Assembly: GCA_963699185.1 (NCBI GenBank)
Contig: OY969419.1
Coordinates: 6,206,698-6,270,697 of the forward strand
From: an uncultured Acidobacteriaceae bacterium
Lineage (GTDB): Bacteria; Acidobacteriota; Terriglobia; Terriglobales; Acidobacteriaceae
DNA length: 64,000 nt
Direction of reading: 5' to 3'
Positions 64,000 through 64,000 of the stretch are shown here, in pieces. The stretch's first letter is position 1, and every line of letters begins with the position of its first letter. Under the pieces are notes generated by a model that worked only from the letters and a program-made list of their open reading frames with translations, was not told where the DNA came from and did no database searches. Both the position numbers and the translations under genes were made by a program.

Positions 64000-64000
64000 A

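Overview
This 64-kb chromosomal window probably comes from a high-GC Acidobacteriota (Terriglobia-like) genome. That placement is an inference from gene content and abundant REP-like palindromes; no search was run.

(1) 413-27514 is a large cell-surface glycan locus. It carries a complete GDP-D-glycero-alpha-D-manno-heptose pathway (hddA, hddC, gmhA, gmhB) plus a transaldolase. It also has several GT2/GT4 glycosyltransferases, two GT-C-like membrane proteins, six SAM-methyltransferase domains, a sulfotransferase and a Wzm/Wzt ABC exporter. A 1202-aa methyltransferase / coiled-coil / GT2 / GT2 protein looks like a single-polypeptide terminator-ruler-polymerase. An IS110-family element sits inside the locus.

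(2) 27.7-34 kb holds an ECF sigma / anti-sigma / DUF3106 module and Nudix, VOC and ACT genes. It also has a hypothetical protein with a REP-like element embedded in frame.

(3) 34497-37075 is the most interesting unit, a tightly coupled RiPP-type operon. It encodes a Sec-exported Cys/Lys/Gly-repeat peptide, a DUF692 (MNIO) enzyme, a DUF2063 partner and a DoxX protein (bufferin / HvfABCX-like). A co-oriented HExxH metalloprotease follows, and a B12-binding radical SAM gene converges on it.

(4) Next come an S15 peptidase and a sigma54 two-component system. These are followed by a membrane-anchored GcvH-like protein, a Tat-less 4Fe-4S protein and an NrfD-like protein, then nagA.

(5) tRNA-Pro(CGG) is followed by a decayed ~7-kb island. 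It contains an integrase remnant, higBA, a broken orphan hsdM and a DtxR-family regulator. It also holds an IS91-like remnant whose tyrosine recombinase is split by an intact IS256-family element.

(6) The right end is a form I aerobic CO dehydrogenase cluster, coxM-S-L-G-D-E plus an XdhC/CoxF-like protein fused to a YHS domain.

No rRNA or CRISPR array was seen. All family assignments come from reading motifs in the translations; no database search was possible.
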